Source: Macrostomum hystrix (lineage: Eukaryota; Animalia; Platyhelminthes). Taken from it: a DNA stretch of 64,000 nucleotides. The position numbers and the translations under genes were made by a program. The notes under the pieces are model-generated. The model had not been told where the DNA came from. It worked only from the letters and a program-made list of their open reading frames with translations, and searched no databases. Shown here piece by piece: positions 49,720 through 62,720 of the stretch. The DNA is taken from assembly GCA_950097015.1 (NCBI GenBank), contig CATNEN010000032.1:1302001-1366000 (forward strand), in the 5' to 3' direction. Numbering within the stretch: position 1 is the first letter of the stretch; each line of letters begins with the position of its first letter.

Positions 49720-51945
49720 TCACCTCCCCTGTCTCATCTCTACCCTGTCTCATCTCCCAACCCCCCTGTCTCATCTCCCCCTGTCTCATCTCCCCCTGTC
49801 TCATCTCCCCCTGTCTCATCTCCCCCTGTCTCATCCCCCTGTCTCATCCCCCTGTCTCATCCCCCTGTCTCATCTCTCCCCTGTCTCATCTCCCCCTGTC
49901 TCATCTCCCCCTGTCTCATCTCCCCCTGTCTCATCTCCCCCTGTCTCATCCCCCTGTCTCATCCCCCTGTCTCATCTCTCCCCTGTCTCATCTCCCCCTG
50001 TCTCATCTCCCCCTGTTTATTCCCCCCTTTCTCATCTCCCAACCCCCCTGTCTCATCTCCCCCTGTCTCATCCCCCTGTCTCATCTCCCCCTGTCTCATC
50101 CCCTGTCTCATCTCCCCTGTCTCATCTCCCCTGTCTCATCCCCCTGTCTCATCCCCCTGTCTCATACCCCTGTCTCATCTCCCCCTGTCTCATCTCCCCC
50201 TGTCTCATCTCCCCCTGTCTCATCTCCCCCTGTCTCATCCCCCTGTCTCATCCGCCTGTCTCATCTCCCCCTGTCTCATCTCCCCCTGTCTCATCTCCCC
50301 CTGTCTCATCTCTCCCCTGTCTCATCTCTCCCCTGTCTCATCTCCCCCTGTTTATTCCCCCTTTTCTCATCTCCCAACCCCCCTGTCTCATCTCCCCCTG
50401 TCTCATCTCCCCCTGTCTCATCCCCCTGTCTCATCTCCCCCTGTCTCATCTCCCCCTGTCTCATCTCTCCCCTGTCTCATCTCCCCCTGTCTCATCTCCC
50501 CCTGTTTATTCCCCCCTTTCTCATCTCCCAACCCCCTGTCTCATCTCCCCCTGTCTCATCCCCCTGTCTCATCTCCCCCTGTCTCATCCCCTGTCTCATC
50601 CCCCTGTCTCATCCCCCTGTCTCATCCCCCTGTCTCATCTCCCGTGTCTCATCTTCCCCTGTCTCATCCCCTGTCTCATCCCCCTGTCTCATCCCCCTGT
50701 CTCATCCCCCTGTCTCATCTCCCCCTGTCTCATCTCCCCCTGTCTCATCTCTCCCCTGTCTCATCTCCCCCTGTCTCATCTCCCCCTGTTTATTCCCCCC
50801 TTTCTCATCTCCCAACCCCCCTGTCTCATCTCCCCCTGTCTCATCTCCCCCTGTCTCATCCCCCTGTCTCATCTCCCCCTGTCTCATCTCCCCCTGTCTC
50901 ATCTCTCCCCTGTCTCATCTCCCCCTGTCTCATCTCCCCCTGTCTCATCTCCCCCTGTCTCATCTCCCAACCCCCTGTCTCATCTCCCCCTGTCTCATCT
51001 CTCCCCTGTCTCATCCCCTGTCTCATCCCCCTGTCTCATCCCCCTGTCTCATCCCCCTGTCTCATCTGCCCTGTCTCATCTCCCCCTGTCTCATCTCTCC
51101 CCTGTCTCATCTCCCCCTGTCTCATCTCCCCATGTTTATTCCTCCCTTTCTCATCTCCCAACCCCCTGTCTCATCTCCCCCTGTCTCATCTCCCCCTGTC
51201 TCATCCCCTGTCTCATCCCCCTGTCTCATCCCCCTGTCTCATCCCCCTGTCTCATCTCCCCTGTCTCATCCCCCTGTCTCATCCCCTGTCTCATCCCCCT
51301 GTCTCATCCCCCTGTCTCATCCCCTGTCTCATCCCCCTGTCTCATCCCCTGTCTCATCCCCCTGTCTCATCCCCCTGTCTCATCCCCCTGTCTCATCCCC
51401 CTGTCTCATCCCCCTGTCTCATCCCCCTGTCTCATCCCCCTGTCTCATCCCCCTGTCTCATCCCCCTGTCTCATCCCCTGTCTCATCCCCCTGTCTCATC
51501 CCCTGTCTCATCCCCCTGTCTCATCCCCCTGTCTCATCCCCTGTCTCATCCCCTGTCTCATCCCCCTGTCTCATCCCCCTGTCTCATCCCCCTGTCTCAT
51601 CCCCCTGTCTCATCCCCTGTCTCATCCCCCTGTCTCATCCCCCTGTCTCATCCCCCTGTCTCATCCCCTGTCTCATCCCCTGTCTCATCCCCCTGTCTCA
51701 TCCCCTGTCTCATCCCCCTGTCTCATCCCCCTGTCTCATCCCCTGTCTCATCCCCCTGTCTCATCCCCTGTCTCATCCCCCTGTCTCATCCCCTGTCTCA
51801 TCCCCTGTCTCATCCCCCTGTCTCATCCCCTGTCTCATCCCCCTGTCTCATCCCCTGTCTCATCCCCCTGTCTCATCCCCCTGTCTCATCCCCTGTCTCA
51901 TCCCCCTGTCTCATCCCCCTTTCTCATCTCCCCCTGTCTCATCTT
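49720..51945. repeat. CT-rich 12-16 bp minisatellite, core tgtctcat(ct)cccc
   Basis: Direct reading; the minus strand is G-run rich. Confidence 0.95.
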
Positions 51946-52671
51946 TCAATATCTCAAACTCTCTTCCTTTTCACCTATGTTAAATTGGTTTATCTTTCGT
52001 GTCTTCCAATGAATATCGACGTTTAAAATTTCATTTATTTCTTTTCATTATGATTTTTGACAGAATTATTACTTTTTTTCACAATCTCTCTTTTCATTTT
52101 TTGTGCGATCGTTAGTTTTCGTTGGTTCTGCTGAATGGAATATTTTAGGTATATTGTGTTTTGCTTTATTTTTACAGAATTGGTTTTCCTCTCGACAGTT
52201 TCCATTTCTAGTCTCAATTATATTTGCCTGCCTAACGCACTAGCTACTCTACTGTTTGCTTACTAGTAGTACTTGTAGAATATGCAAATGCTTTTTTGTT
52301 TGGATTCGGGAACCAATAGTCAGTCATTATTGTTGCCAGATTCCTGATACAGTTTTCATTGTTTGCTTAAAAAAATATTGTTGTTGAGTGTTTGTTGTTA
52401 GGCTAGTTAGTGTTTGTTAAAATAAAACTACTCGCTCGTTAAAATAAAAGTACATATCAGTGCCTCAACATGCTTTTTAGCCAAGTTTCTGATCGTTCGT
52501 TGTTCGAAATTGACAGAAAATATGTTTACTGACTTGCTATTTTAATTTTTTCGTAAAATTATGGAGAATTCTGATAAAATTAGGATAGAAAACACTTGTT
52601 CTAAATCAAAATTTATCGAAATCCCAAATTTCCCAAGTCTATTGTATAAAACTTTTCTACAAACCCTTATC

Positions 52672-53225
52672 TATCTATCTATTTGTAAGGGGGGCCCGGG
52701 GCACTTGTCGCACAAGCGACGGAGCGGCACGCCCCCAGACCGGTGAACTAGGCGCTTAGCGCCCATCGCGCCGCCTCCCCTGAGCAGGCACCACACACAG
52801 CAGCACAGACCAGCCGGGGAGGGCAGGAGGCACCCAGAATAGGCAGCAGTGCCCCCCCACCCCAGCCCCACACGCATAGAGCAGACCAAGCCGGGGGCGG
52901 AAGGCTGATAAGAAATCAGTCCTCAGGGGGGGGCGGGTGATGAGTGTACACTTCTCCAATCGCGCTGACGGAAGTCCAGAAAGCGCGCGGCGGTGTACAC
53001 CCGCCCTCCAGCCACCCCCCGCAAGGTCTCACGCCCCAGCGCCAACGCACACAACGCAGAACAAGGCACACAGAAGGTAGGAGCGAAGCTATTATTTCAA
53101 GCTTTGATTGCACGAAATATGGTGCACCTCCGCCGGTCGCTACTGTCCAAACCCACCAACAAGTCCCGAAATTAATCGTGACTTGAGTGCGAGGCAGCGA
53201 CGCTAGCCGCTGACCCACTCGCCCC
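52672..53225 (-). mobile_element. 554-bp non-LTR retroposon insertion (SINE-like or 5'-truncated LINE 3' end) with (ATAG)n tail and 15-bp TSD
   Basis: Perfect direct repeat ctacaaacccttatc at 52657-52671 and 53226-53240. (tatc)n tail at 52672-52682; GC-rich body in AT-rich flanks. Confidence 0.75.
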
Positions 53226-54405
53226 CTACAAACCCTTATCAGGCTACTGAGTAAGTAGGCGTTAAAGAGAAGTCCACGGCTCTTTTAACACAGTTCGAAG
53301 TGTTCAAATTCACTTAGGGTTGACGATGCGCTTGCGCGAATTGCACCTGTCCGTCTTTACTGGTAGTCCTATATTAGATATGGCGTATAATGCATTTATA
53401 CGGAGCATCGGCCGGATTCCTTGTTGCATTCCTTCAGTCTCCGAGCCGCTGCTTTCGGGGGGGGCAAAGCAAACAAGACCAGGAAGAGCGGGCCGTGTGG
53501 GGCGCCACCCCCGGCTCTGCTCTGTTTGTTTAGAATGGCCCGGACGCTGGGAGGACAGACAGGAGGGAGGGATGAAGTTAAAGAAGGAAAGTTTCACGTC
53601 AAGTGACAACTTGGAGCCCCCCGGTTGCGTAGGATTTGCTGAGGCATGGGAAATAAGTTACTGACGGCTGAAAACTCTTATTATATAAGTGTGCCTCCTC
53701 CGTAGATCCGGCCGGAGCTTGGTGGGCCCGCTCGACGGCTGCCCGTCAAGCAGCTTGAAGGAAAACACCCTGCTCGGCGTGGTGTCTCTTCCCAGTCCCT
53801 ACTGCCCGCTGCTGCTGCTGTTGCTGTTGCTGTTGCACAATTTTTGTGCAATTTTTTCCAGCATTATCCATAGAAATGGAAGATGCAAATTTCAAGGTCT
53901 GCACAGCGGGGAAGATCACCGCGTTTCTTTTCTCTTCTTCCCCTTGCTGCTGCTGCTGCTGCTGCTGCAAGCTATTCAGCTTCCTCTCTGCGATGAGTGA
54001 ATCCGAGAAATTCATCTGCCTTGCCCATTGAGATTTTTTTAGAAAGTGGAGACATTCTCCCGGTTGTGTTGTGAACTTTCCTGGGATTTCTCACGCCAAT
54101 TTTTCGCAACTTTCCAATCGGTGTAGCGATTGCACTGCTTGGCCTTGTAGTTTTTTTATCGAATAGTTTTTCTTTAGCGTCGATTGTCCCTGTTTCATGT
54201 AGGAGACAGACCGGCTTGCTAGGAATTTTTTCAAACAATTTTGCTGCCGCATTTTCTAGAATCTGCACAAAGTAGGGTTTGACGATGCAGATTAAAGTTA
54301 TTTACCTGAATTATTATTAATTCTGTGAATCTGTGAAGCTGGAACTTTCTAAACAAAGTTAGGGAGCAATTTGAGTTTTGATCAATTAAATTTAGGTGAG
54401 ATTTG

Positions 54406-54527
54406 GAGATTAGATCAGGGAAATGTTGGGGAGAGATTCGGAGATTAGATCAGGGAAATGTTGGGGAGAGATTCGGAGATTAGATCAGGGAAATGTTGGG
54501 GAGAGATTCGGAGATTAGATCAGGGAA
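54406..54527. repeat. 35-bp tandem repeat, about 3.5 copies (ggagattagatcagggaaatgttggggagagattc)
   Basis: Direct reading. Confidence 0.85.
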
Positions 54528-56360
54528 TTTTTGGCGTGATTTGCGGCTAATATAAAAAAGCTTGGGTTAGGGACAGATTGATCAGATCAAGGAGATTTGG
54601 GGAAGAGATAATTAAGGATCGTGGAAAATCTATAGAGGCCTGAAAATAGGTCGAGATTTGTTCAATTCCTGGATCAGAAAAAATTGGCCCTCCAGTTTTT
54701 GGCACACACCTGTGCCCCCCCCCAAAAGCCGGGCTTCAAAAGCTACTCAAAAGCTACTCAAAAGCTACTCAAGATTTTCTCCCTTCCTGCTGCGAATGCG
54801 ATGCGATCTCCATATGAGTAGGCCCCACAGATACTGCCCAGCAACTCTCCAGTCGCTATAGCTGAGCAGCCTTTGAAATGCGATACGGAGCTAAACAGTC
54901 GGTGTTTATGATCTCAGATCCTCCCGCTAGCATCCTATCCTAGCAGCTGCTGAAATTCTGCTTCCGGGCCAACTCGTCTGCACGTGACACGGAATAAAGA
55001 AAAATGAGAAAAGATGCTTCCAGCCTCTGCCGGAGCGAAGAAAAGGTGGAGAAAAGAGATTTCTTGGTGAGACGGTCAGTCATGACGGCACAAGGACCTG
55101 GCGCTAATGACGCCCACTTAGCCAGGCCGACTGCATGCCCACGGGTGGCTCTCCTGATAATGATTCATCCACTGTCCCTCCCGCCCCGCCCCTCCCCTTG
55201 TCTCGTTTTCTAAGAAACTTACCCTTTTTTATCAATTAATGGATCTAAAAAAATCTGGCTTTACGTGCCATCGGAATATCAGCAAAGTTACAAGATTCGC
55301 GTAGGTGCACGGAAGTGAACGAGTTGATTCACTCCAAATAATCCTTTTGAAGGGCATACGTGTTGTGTAATCAGTGTTACCTTTCTAAGATAACTTCTCC
55401 ACGAATATTCGATCTTATATACTGCAGCTCTGGTCTTAATGGGCCACTCAGAGCGATTCTATAAGTGACTTCTGATACCCACTTCCACAAGTGAGGCTTG
55501 CGCAAGGATCACAGCTGTTTGGAAACTGTCCCAGGGCCCACTTAGAGATTTGCCATGCTTCCTGCTGCTCGCACCAAAGCAATTGTGCAATTGTGCAACC
55601 AACTGGGGTTTGATATCCGAGAGCTTCCGAATCCACTCAAAGGGGTTGCTGGCCTTGGCTCTTAGCTGACCAGTCTCACAACCTCTTCAAACTGATTTGA
55701 TAATCAGATGTTCCTTCTCCTTCGCTCCCTCTCTTTCTCACTGCCCTTCTCCCTTTCTCTTCTCCCCTACTCTCCTCCCCTCTATACCTCTCCCTCTTCT
55801 TATCTCCCTCTCTATCTCTCCCACTCCACCTCTCCCTCTTCTTATCCCTCTCTATCTCCCCCTGTCATTTTCTCAATGTCTACTCTAGCTGTCCTCTAAA
55901 AAACAGTAAAACGAACGAATAGTTCATAATTTTTTCAAACTCAGACTATATGTCGACTTGCTTTATTTCTCAATCATAAAACGACATAGGCGTTTGTTAA
56001 GAAAATTTAAATCAGTAATTGCTTTCAGGACAGGAAAAAAACTAAATTAACAACATGACGACACTTATACGACATTTATTATTAAAAAACTCAAGGACAA
56101 AGTTTATGAAAAAGCTTAAGACAAATTTAACAACAGCAACAAAGAACAAACGCACTGAACATGTGTTTAAGGAAAATTAGTTACCCTGTTCAATCTACCC
56201 GTTGTTATTAAAAATTATGCGAATAAATTAGTAAATGACGGCACGTTTTACGCAATACAAAATATGACAGAAGCAAAATTTATACAGCCTTGCGATGCAG
56301 ATTGAAAATCGAAACTTAAGCTAGTCTAATGGTTGTCAAAGCTTACTTAAATTAAATGGC

Positions 56361-57195
56361 TTCACTCCGCTGAGGGGATCAGGATGGGTTCACTCCGCTG
56401 AGGGGATCAGGATGGGTTCACTCCGCTGAGGGGATCAGGATGGGTTCACTCCGCTGAGGGGATCAGGATGGGTTCACTCCGCTGAGGCGATCAGGATGGG
56501 TTCACTCCGCTAAGAGGATCAGGATGGGTTCACTCCGCTGAGGGGATCAGGATGGGTTCACTCCGCTAAGAGGATCAGGATGGGTTCACTCCGCTAAGAG
56601 GATCAGGATGGGTTCACTCCGCTAAGAGGATCAGGATGGGTTCACTCCGCTAAAGAGGATCAGGATGGGTTCACTCCGCTAAGAGGATCAGGATGGGTTC
56701 ACTCCGCTAAGAGGATCAGGATGGGTTCACTCCGCTAAGAGGATCAGGATGGGTTCACTCCGCTAAGAGGATCAGGATGGGTTCACTCCGCTAAGAGGAT
56801 CAGGATGGGTTCACTCCGCTAAGAGGATCAGGATGGGTTCACTCCGCTAAGAGGATCAGGATGGGTTCACTCCGCTGAGGGGATCAGGATGGGTTCACTC
56901 CGCTAAGAGGATCAGGATGGGTTCACTCCGCTAAGAGGATCAGGATGGGTTCACTCCGCTAAAGAGGATCAGGATGGGTTCACTCCGCTAAGAGGATCAG
57001 GATGGGTTCACTCCGCTAAGAGGATCAGGATGGGTTCACTCCGCTGAGAGGATCAGGATGGGTTCACTCCGCTGAGAGGATCAGGATGGGTTCACTCCGC
57101 TGAGAGGATCAGGATGGGTTCACTCCGCTAAGAGGATCAGGATGGGTTCACTCCGCTAAGAGGATCAGGATGGGTTCACTACGCTGAGGGGATCA
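56361..57195. repeat. 28-bp minisatellite (gatcaggatgggttcactccgct(g/a)ag(g/a)g), about 30 copies, abutting the Lhx stop codon
   Basis: Direct reading. Confidence 0.96.
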
Positions 57196-60100
57196 GCTGG
57201 ACAGGTCGCAGGAGTTGCCGTCCATCGATGAGTCCGGCCTGAGGTCCTCGTCCTGGCAGTCGGAGCTCAGGTCTGAAGCGTTGGTTGAAGAAAAGCTGCA
57301 GGCAGTGGTCACGGCAGCCGAAGACTTGGCTCCGATTTTCGGCGATGTCGAGCTAGTTGCTGTCGAATTGCTCGAGCCCGCAGTCGCGAGTGTGTCATCA
57401 GACACCGCAGCCGGCTGTCCATGGTTTGAAGCGCCAGTGTCGGCGCCGCCGCCATCCTGTCGCAGGAGGCTGCGACGAAATTTGGCCCGCGCGTTTTGGA
57501 ACCAAACCTGTGGAAGATTTTTACACATTTTTACAGCAATCACTGCCGCTTCAATGGAAACAGCAAACAGGCTTTCTAGCTTTTCATCCAGCTTTAAATC
57601 TACCCGTAGCTTCGAATCCTTGATTCTAGAATCTTCGCTTTGATTTTTTATATTCGTTTCCTGCTTCGATTCTGTATTCGTTTCCTGCTTCGATTCTATA
57701 TTCGTTTCCTGCTTCGATTCTATATTCGTTTCCTGCTTCGATTCTATATTCGTTTCCTGCTTCGATTCTGTATTCGTTTCCTGCTTCGATTCTATATTCG
57801 TTTCCTGCTTCGATTCTGTATTCGTTTCCTGCTTCGATTCTATATTCGTTTCCTGCTTCGATTCTGTATTCGTTTCCTGCTTCGATTCTATATTCGTTTC
57901 CTGCTTCGATTCTGTATTCGTTTCCTGCTTCGATTCTGTATTCGTTTCCTGATTCGATTCTGTATTCGCTTCCTGCTTCGATTCTATATTAGTTTCGTCC
58001 CTTGAATATTCGATTCCGGCTATGAATCTTCGATTCCGGCTACGAATCTTCGATTCCGGCTACGAATCTTCGATTCTAGCATCGTTTTCTGCTTCGATTC
58101 TATCTTCATTCTAGCTTCTTTTCCTGTTGCCTTGGTTCTAGCTTCGATTCCTACTTCAGTTCTAGCTTCGATTCCTACTTCAATTCCAGCTTCGATTCCT
58201 ACTTCAATTCCAGCTTCGATTCCTGCTTCACCTCGAATCCTAGATTCTGTCTTTGAATCTTCTATTTTGTTTTCGTTTCCTGCGTAGAGTCTTTGTTCAG
58301 AAATGCAGAAAAGAGACTAGCAAAAACTTATCCAACTGTCCGGGCGATTCCAAGGCTGAAAAGCCGACTTTAATGAAGCAAATAATTGACAGAGCGACGG
58401 GGAAAAAACACACGACTGCAGGCACGAAATGAGACACTTAAATCCGGGAGTTAGGAAGTTAATTCCTCGAGCTGCCTTGCTCGGTCACCTGGCCTTTAAT
58501 TCTCTTCCTTCCTCTTATCTGATGCTGAGCGATGCTACTAAGCAATGGGATTTTCCGGCAATTTTTTGCCAGGTATAATCTTATTGAATTTATCTGCGAG
58601 CCGAATCTCAGACAGCAGGTGGCAGAGAGGGAAAGCCCACACTTTTTAGGGGCAACAAGTTTGAGCTGGGCAGCCCTGACGGTTTCGTGCCGTTTTGACA
58701 GACTGCTCACAGAACTCCAGCACACCCCCTGACCACTAATTAGAGGTGGGGAGGAAGCATTTTTTAGGAAGAATTAAGAACTCAAAACACGATGGCGCTG
58801 GAGAGATTCTGACATCTCAACCTTTAGGAAAGTATTTATTTAGAGCTAGTTCTGAGCATCTAAGGGTGTGAAAATGTGCAATTTGAAATGACTAATAAGA
58901 CTCAGCTGGGAGTACAAACCCCACAACCCACTGGCCTGTTTAAACCACTGCTCCCTCCGTCTCACCTCCCCCCTGTCTCCACCTCTCCCGTGTCTCACCT
59001 CTCCCTGTCTCACCCCCCTTGTCTCACCTCGCCCCCGTCTCACCTCCCCCGTCTCACCTCCCCCCTGTCTCATCTCTAACCTGTCTCATCTCTCCCCTGT
59101 CTCACCTCCCCTGTCTCACCTCTCCCTGTCTCACCCCCTTGTCTCACCTCGCCCCTGTCTCATCTCTCCCGTGTCTCACCTCCTCCCTGTCTCACCTCCC
59201 CCTGTCTCATCTCTCCCGTGTCTCATCTCTCCCCTGTCTCAACTCTCCCGTGTCTCATCTCTCCCGTGTCTCACTTCTCCCTGTCTCACCCCCCTTGTCT
59301 CACCTCGCCCCTGTCTCATCTCTCCCGTGTCTCACCTCCTCCCTGTCTCACCTCCCACTGTCTCATCTCTCCCGTGTCTCATCTCTCCCCTGTCTCAACT
59401 CTCCCGTGTCTCATCTCTCCCGTGTCTCACTTCTCCCTGTCTCACCCCCCTTGTCTCACCTCGCCCCTGTCTCACCTCCCCCGTCTCACCTCCCCCGTCT
59501 CACCTCCCCCCTGTCTCATCTCTAACCTGTCTCATCTCTCCCCTGTCTCTCCTCCCCCTGTCTCACCTCTCCCTGTCTCATCCCCCTTGTCTCACCTCGC
59601 CCCTGTCTCATCTCTCCCGTGTCTCACCTCCTCCCTGTCTCACCTCCCCCTGTCTCATCTCTCCCGTGTCTCATCTCTCCCCTGTCTCAACTCTCCCGTG
59701 TCTCATCTCTCCCGTGTCTCACTTCTCCCTGTCTCACCCCCCTTGTCTCACCTCGCCCCTGTCTCACCTCCCCCGTCTCACCTCCCCCGTCTCACCTCCC
59801 CCCTGTCTCATCTCAAACCTGTCTCATCTCTCCCCTGTCTCTCCTCCTCCTGTCTCACCTCTCCCTGTCTCACCCCCCTTGTCTCACCTCGCCCCTGTCT
59901 CATCTCTCCCGTGTCTCACCTCCTCCCTGTCTCACCTCCCCCTGTCTCATCTCTCCCGTGTCTCATCTCTCCCCTGTCTCAACTCTCCCGTGTCTCATCT
60001 CTCCCGTGTCTCACTTCTCCCCTGTCTCACCCCCTTGTCTCACCTCCTCCCTGTCTCACCTCCCCCTGTCTCATCTCTCCCGTGTCTCACCTCTCCCCTG

Positions 60101-62624
60101 TCTCATCTCTCCCCTGTCTCAACTCTCCCGTGTCTCATCTCTCCCCTGTCTCACCTCTCCCCTGTCTCATCTCTCCCCTGTCTTATCTCTCCCCTGTCAA
60201 AAACTTTGCATTTACCTGCAGGACCCGTTTCGACAGACCGGTCTTCTCGGCCAGCTGCTTCAAATCCTTGGCGTCCGGGTTGTGGTTGAGGCCGAAGTAG
60301 GCCTTCATGGTGCGGATCTGGTTGTGCTTGAACGAGGTGCGCATCCGCTTCTGCCTTGGCGGACTGCCCAGGCTGAAGTCGTCCGGCCCGGCGTCAAAAT
60401 CCTCGGCTGGAATGGGGGACGGGAGTGACAGGCTGAGATTCGACAGAGTGACAGGCTGAGATTCGACAGAGTGATAGGCTGAGATTTCTGAGTGACAGAC
60501 TGAGATTTCGGAGTGGCAGACTGAGATTTCGGAGTGACAGACTGAGATTTCGGAGTGGCAGACTGAGATTTCGGAGTGGCAGACTGAGATTTCGGAGTGA
60601 CAGACTGAGATTTCGGAGTGACAGACTGAGATTATAAAGGCTGAAATGATGGTTTCAGATTCCAACACAAGAGTCTCTGCAGCAAACGAAAATTTAAGCC
60701 AGGTAATAAATTTTAAAATCAATGTCTTAACGCATTCTTGACCCAACCACCTTACATGCCTGTCATCCATTGGAATGCAAGCAAGAAAAGATGAATCCAA
60801 TGCTCCAAGGTCTGACACAATATGACAGGACAGGATGACAGAAGAATGGTTGAGCAGTGTTGAGCATGGAGCTTGGGGTCCCAGCACAGATCAGGTGTAT
60901 CGGCTTTCCAAGCAGGCAGGCATTTCAACCACTCAAACAGCCCGCCTTCTTTAACCGCTTCAATTTAGGGACCTCTTCCAAACCTTGGGGGTCAGTTTTC
61001 GGCGCGGGATTCTTTGCTCACTTATGGAACAGCTGCACGGGATCAATGCCCCAATACCGTTGCCCCAGCCATCATTTTTCTTTGCTTCCCCTGTTCCGGG
61101 GGGAGACCAATTCTTTTTGTGTTCTTTTGTTGTTTTTTTGCAAAGCACTTACCTGCATGCCTGATGGCCTTTTTATCCGTGGCCCATGTTTTTTTTCCCG
61201 ACAGAGTTCCGTCTATTTGTCTTTTGCTTCTGTCTGCCTCTGACATCTCCATGGTCGGACGGACAATCACGATCGCATTTTTCATGGCTCATTGCATTCG
61301 TCAATTTGTGCTAGAATTTACGTAACTGTGCATAGAGAGCATTGCGTTTTGCTTACGAGGCAACACGGGATATCGATTTAAAAGCATCGATTATCATTTC
61401 TAATTTTATTAGCTTTTTCAGCTCATTCAATTTCAGGCTCATTCATTTTTGTCAAAGCATTGTTCACTCGGTTAATTAAAAAGTATTTTTCATTCGTTTC
61501 TTTGAAACCCATCTGGAATTAAATTCCTTCCCCAGTGTACATTAGATAAGACAGAAAATCCTGGAATAACTTCCTTCCCCAGTGTACATTAGATAAGACA
61601 GAAAATCCTAGAATAACTTCCTTCCCCAGCGTACATTAGATAAGACAGAAAATCCTGGAATAACTTCCTTCCCCAGTGTACATTAGATAAGACAGAAAAT
61701 CCTGGAATAACTTCCTTCCCCAGCGTACATTAGATAAGACAGAAAATCCTGGAATAACTTCCTTCCCCAGTGTACATTAGATAAGACAGAAAATCCTGGA
61801 ATAACTTCCTTCCCCAGTGTACATTAGATAAGACAGAAAATCCTAGAATAACTTCCTTCCCCAGCGTACATTAGATAAGACAGAAAATCCTGGAATAACT
61901 TCCTTCCCCAGTGTACATTAGATAAGACAGAAAATTCTGGAATAACTTCCTTCCCCAGTGTACATTAGATAAGACAGAAAATCTCGAACCATGTAAACCT
62001 CGCTCCCAACTTCTGACTCGGTGTTTTTGCATGAAAGAACATTTTGAATCAACACAGAGGGCCCACTTTTTCACATATTGCATCAGTTAATTTGAGTTCA
62101 TGAGCTCACCTCCTGACGACTCTTCCAGCCGCTTGCGTCTCGGCCTGCCCTTGGGAGCCGCTCCGGTTCCGTTGTAAAACGCGGCAGCCGCCGCCGCTGC
62201 CGCCGCAGCCGCCGCCGCAACCGCCGCTGCTGAGCCGGAAGAAGGAACTCCAGCTGCTAGAAATAACTGCTGCTGCTGCTGCTGTTGCTGGGCGTGTAGT
62301 GAGGCCTGCGGCGGTGGTGGCTGCGGCGTCTGCGGTGTCTGCTGCTGACGCTGTGTTGCGGGCGCTGCCGGTGCCGCAGGCGCAGCCAGGCAGTCAGGAG
62401 GCGACTCAGGCGCCTGTCTCTTTGTCCGCATCAGCGTCCTATAGTCCTCGCCGCAATAGACCATGCCGTCCTGCAGGCCGAAGCAGTCGCCGGTGTTCAA
62501 TGGCCGACTGCAAGCGGCGCAGGCAAAGCAGGGCAGGTGGTAGACCAGGCTGCCGACTCTCATCACCAGCTCGCGAGTGTCGATGCGCAGGCCGCATCTG
62601 GCGCAGATGCCGCATTTGAATAGC
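57193..62624 (-). CDS. LHX2: LIM-homeobox transcription factor of the Lhx2/9 (apterous) class, 5'-partial
   Basis: Exons (minus) 62624-62110 (LIM2: CARC...ELVMRVGSLVYHLPCFACAAC...TGDCFGL.DG.VYC; FYNG.G..PKGRPR), 60406-60216 (KRMRTSFKHNQIRTMKAYF.LNHNPDAKDLKQLA.KTGL.KRVLQ), 57507-57193 (VWFQNARAKFRRSLLRQ...*); phases 2,1,0. The LIM1 exon is not in the window. Lhx2 vs Lhx9 is not meaningful outside vertebrates. Confidence 0.95.
57643..57990. repeat. 24-bp minisatellite (ttcgattct(a/g)tattcgtttcctgc), about 14 copies, with degenerate ttcgatt repeats to ~58290, Lhx intron
   Basis: Direct reading. Confidence 0.93.
58960..60197. repeat. CT-rich compound minisatellite, core tgtctca(c/t), Lhx intron
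   Basis: Direct reading; same core as the arrays at 2880 and 49720. Confidence 0.93.
60432..60630. repeat. 21-bp minisatellite (gacagactgagatttcggagt), about 9 copies, next to the homeobox-exon acceptor
   Basis: Direct reading. Confidence 0.9.
61526..61983. repeat. 47-bp minisatellite (cttccttccccagtgtacattagataagacagaaaatcctggaataa), about 10 copies, Lhx intron
   Basis: Direct reading. Confidence 0.95.
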
Positions 62625-62720
62625 CTGGGGGGGCCGTTGGTTCGGGTGGGGATAGTCATGAGAACATTCGCAGTAGACCTCGCAGCCAGAAGGCAGGCAA
62701 TTCTGCTCAATTCGCTGACG

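Noticed and set aside
49682-52026. Long Pro/Ser/Leu-rich ORFs (also 59019-60428, 2927-3395)
   Set aside because: Translations of a pyrimidine-rich minisatellite, which cannot contain stop codons on that strand.
52684-53230. Solo LTR (TGTAAGGGGG...CCCCCTACA)
   Set aside because: No 4-6 bp TSD at those ends. A perfect 15-bp TSD plus simple-repeat tail fits a non-LTR insertion better.
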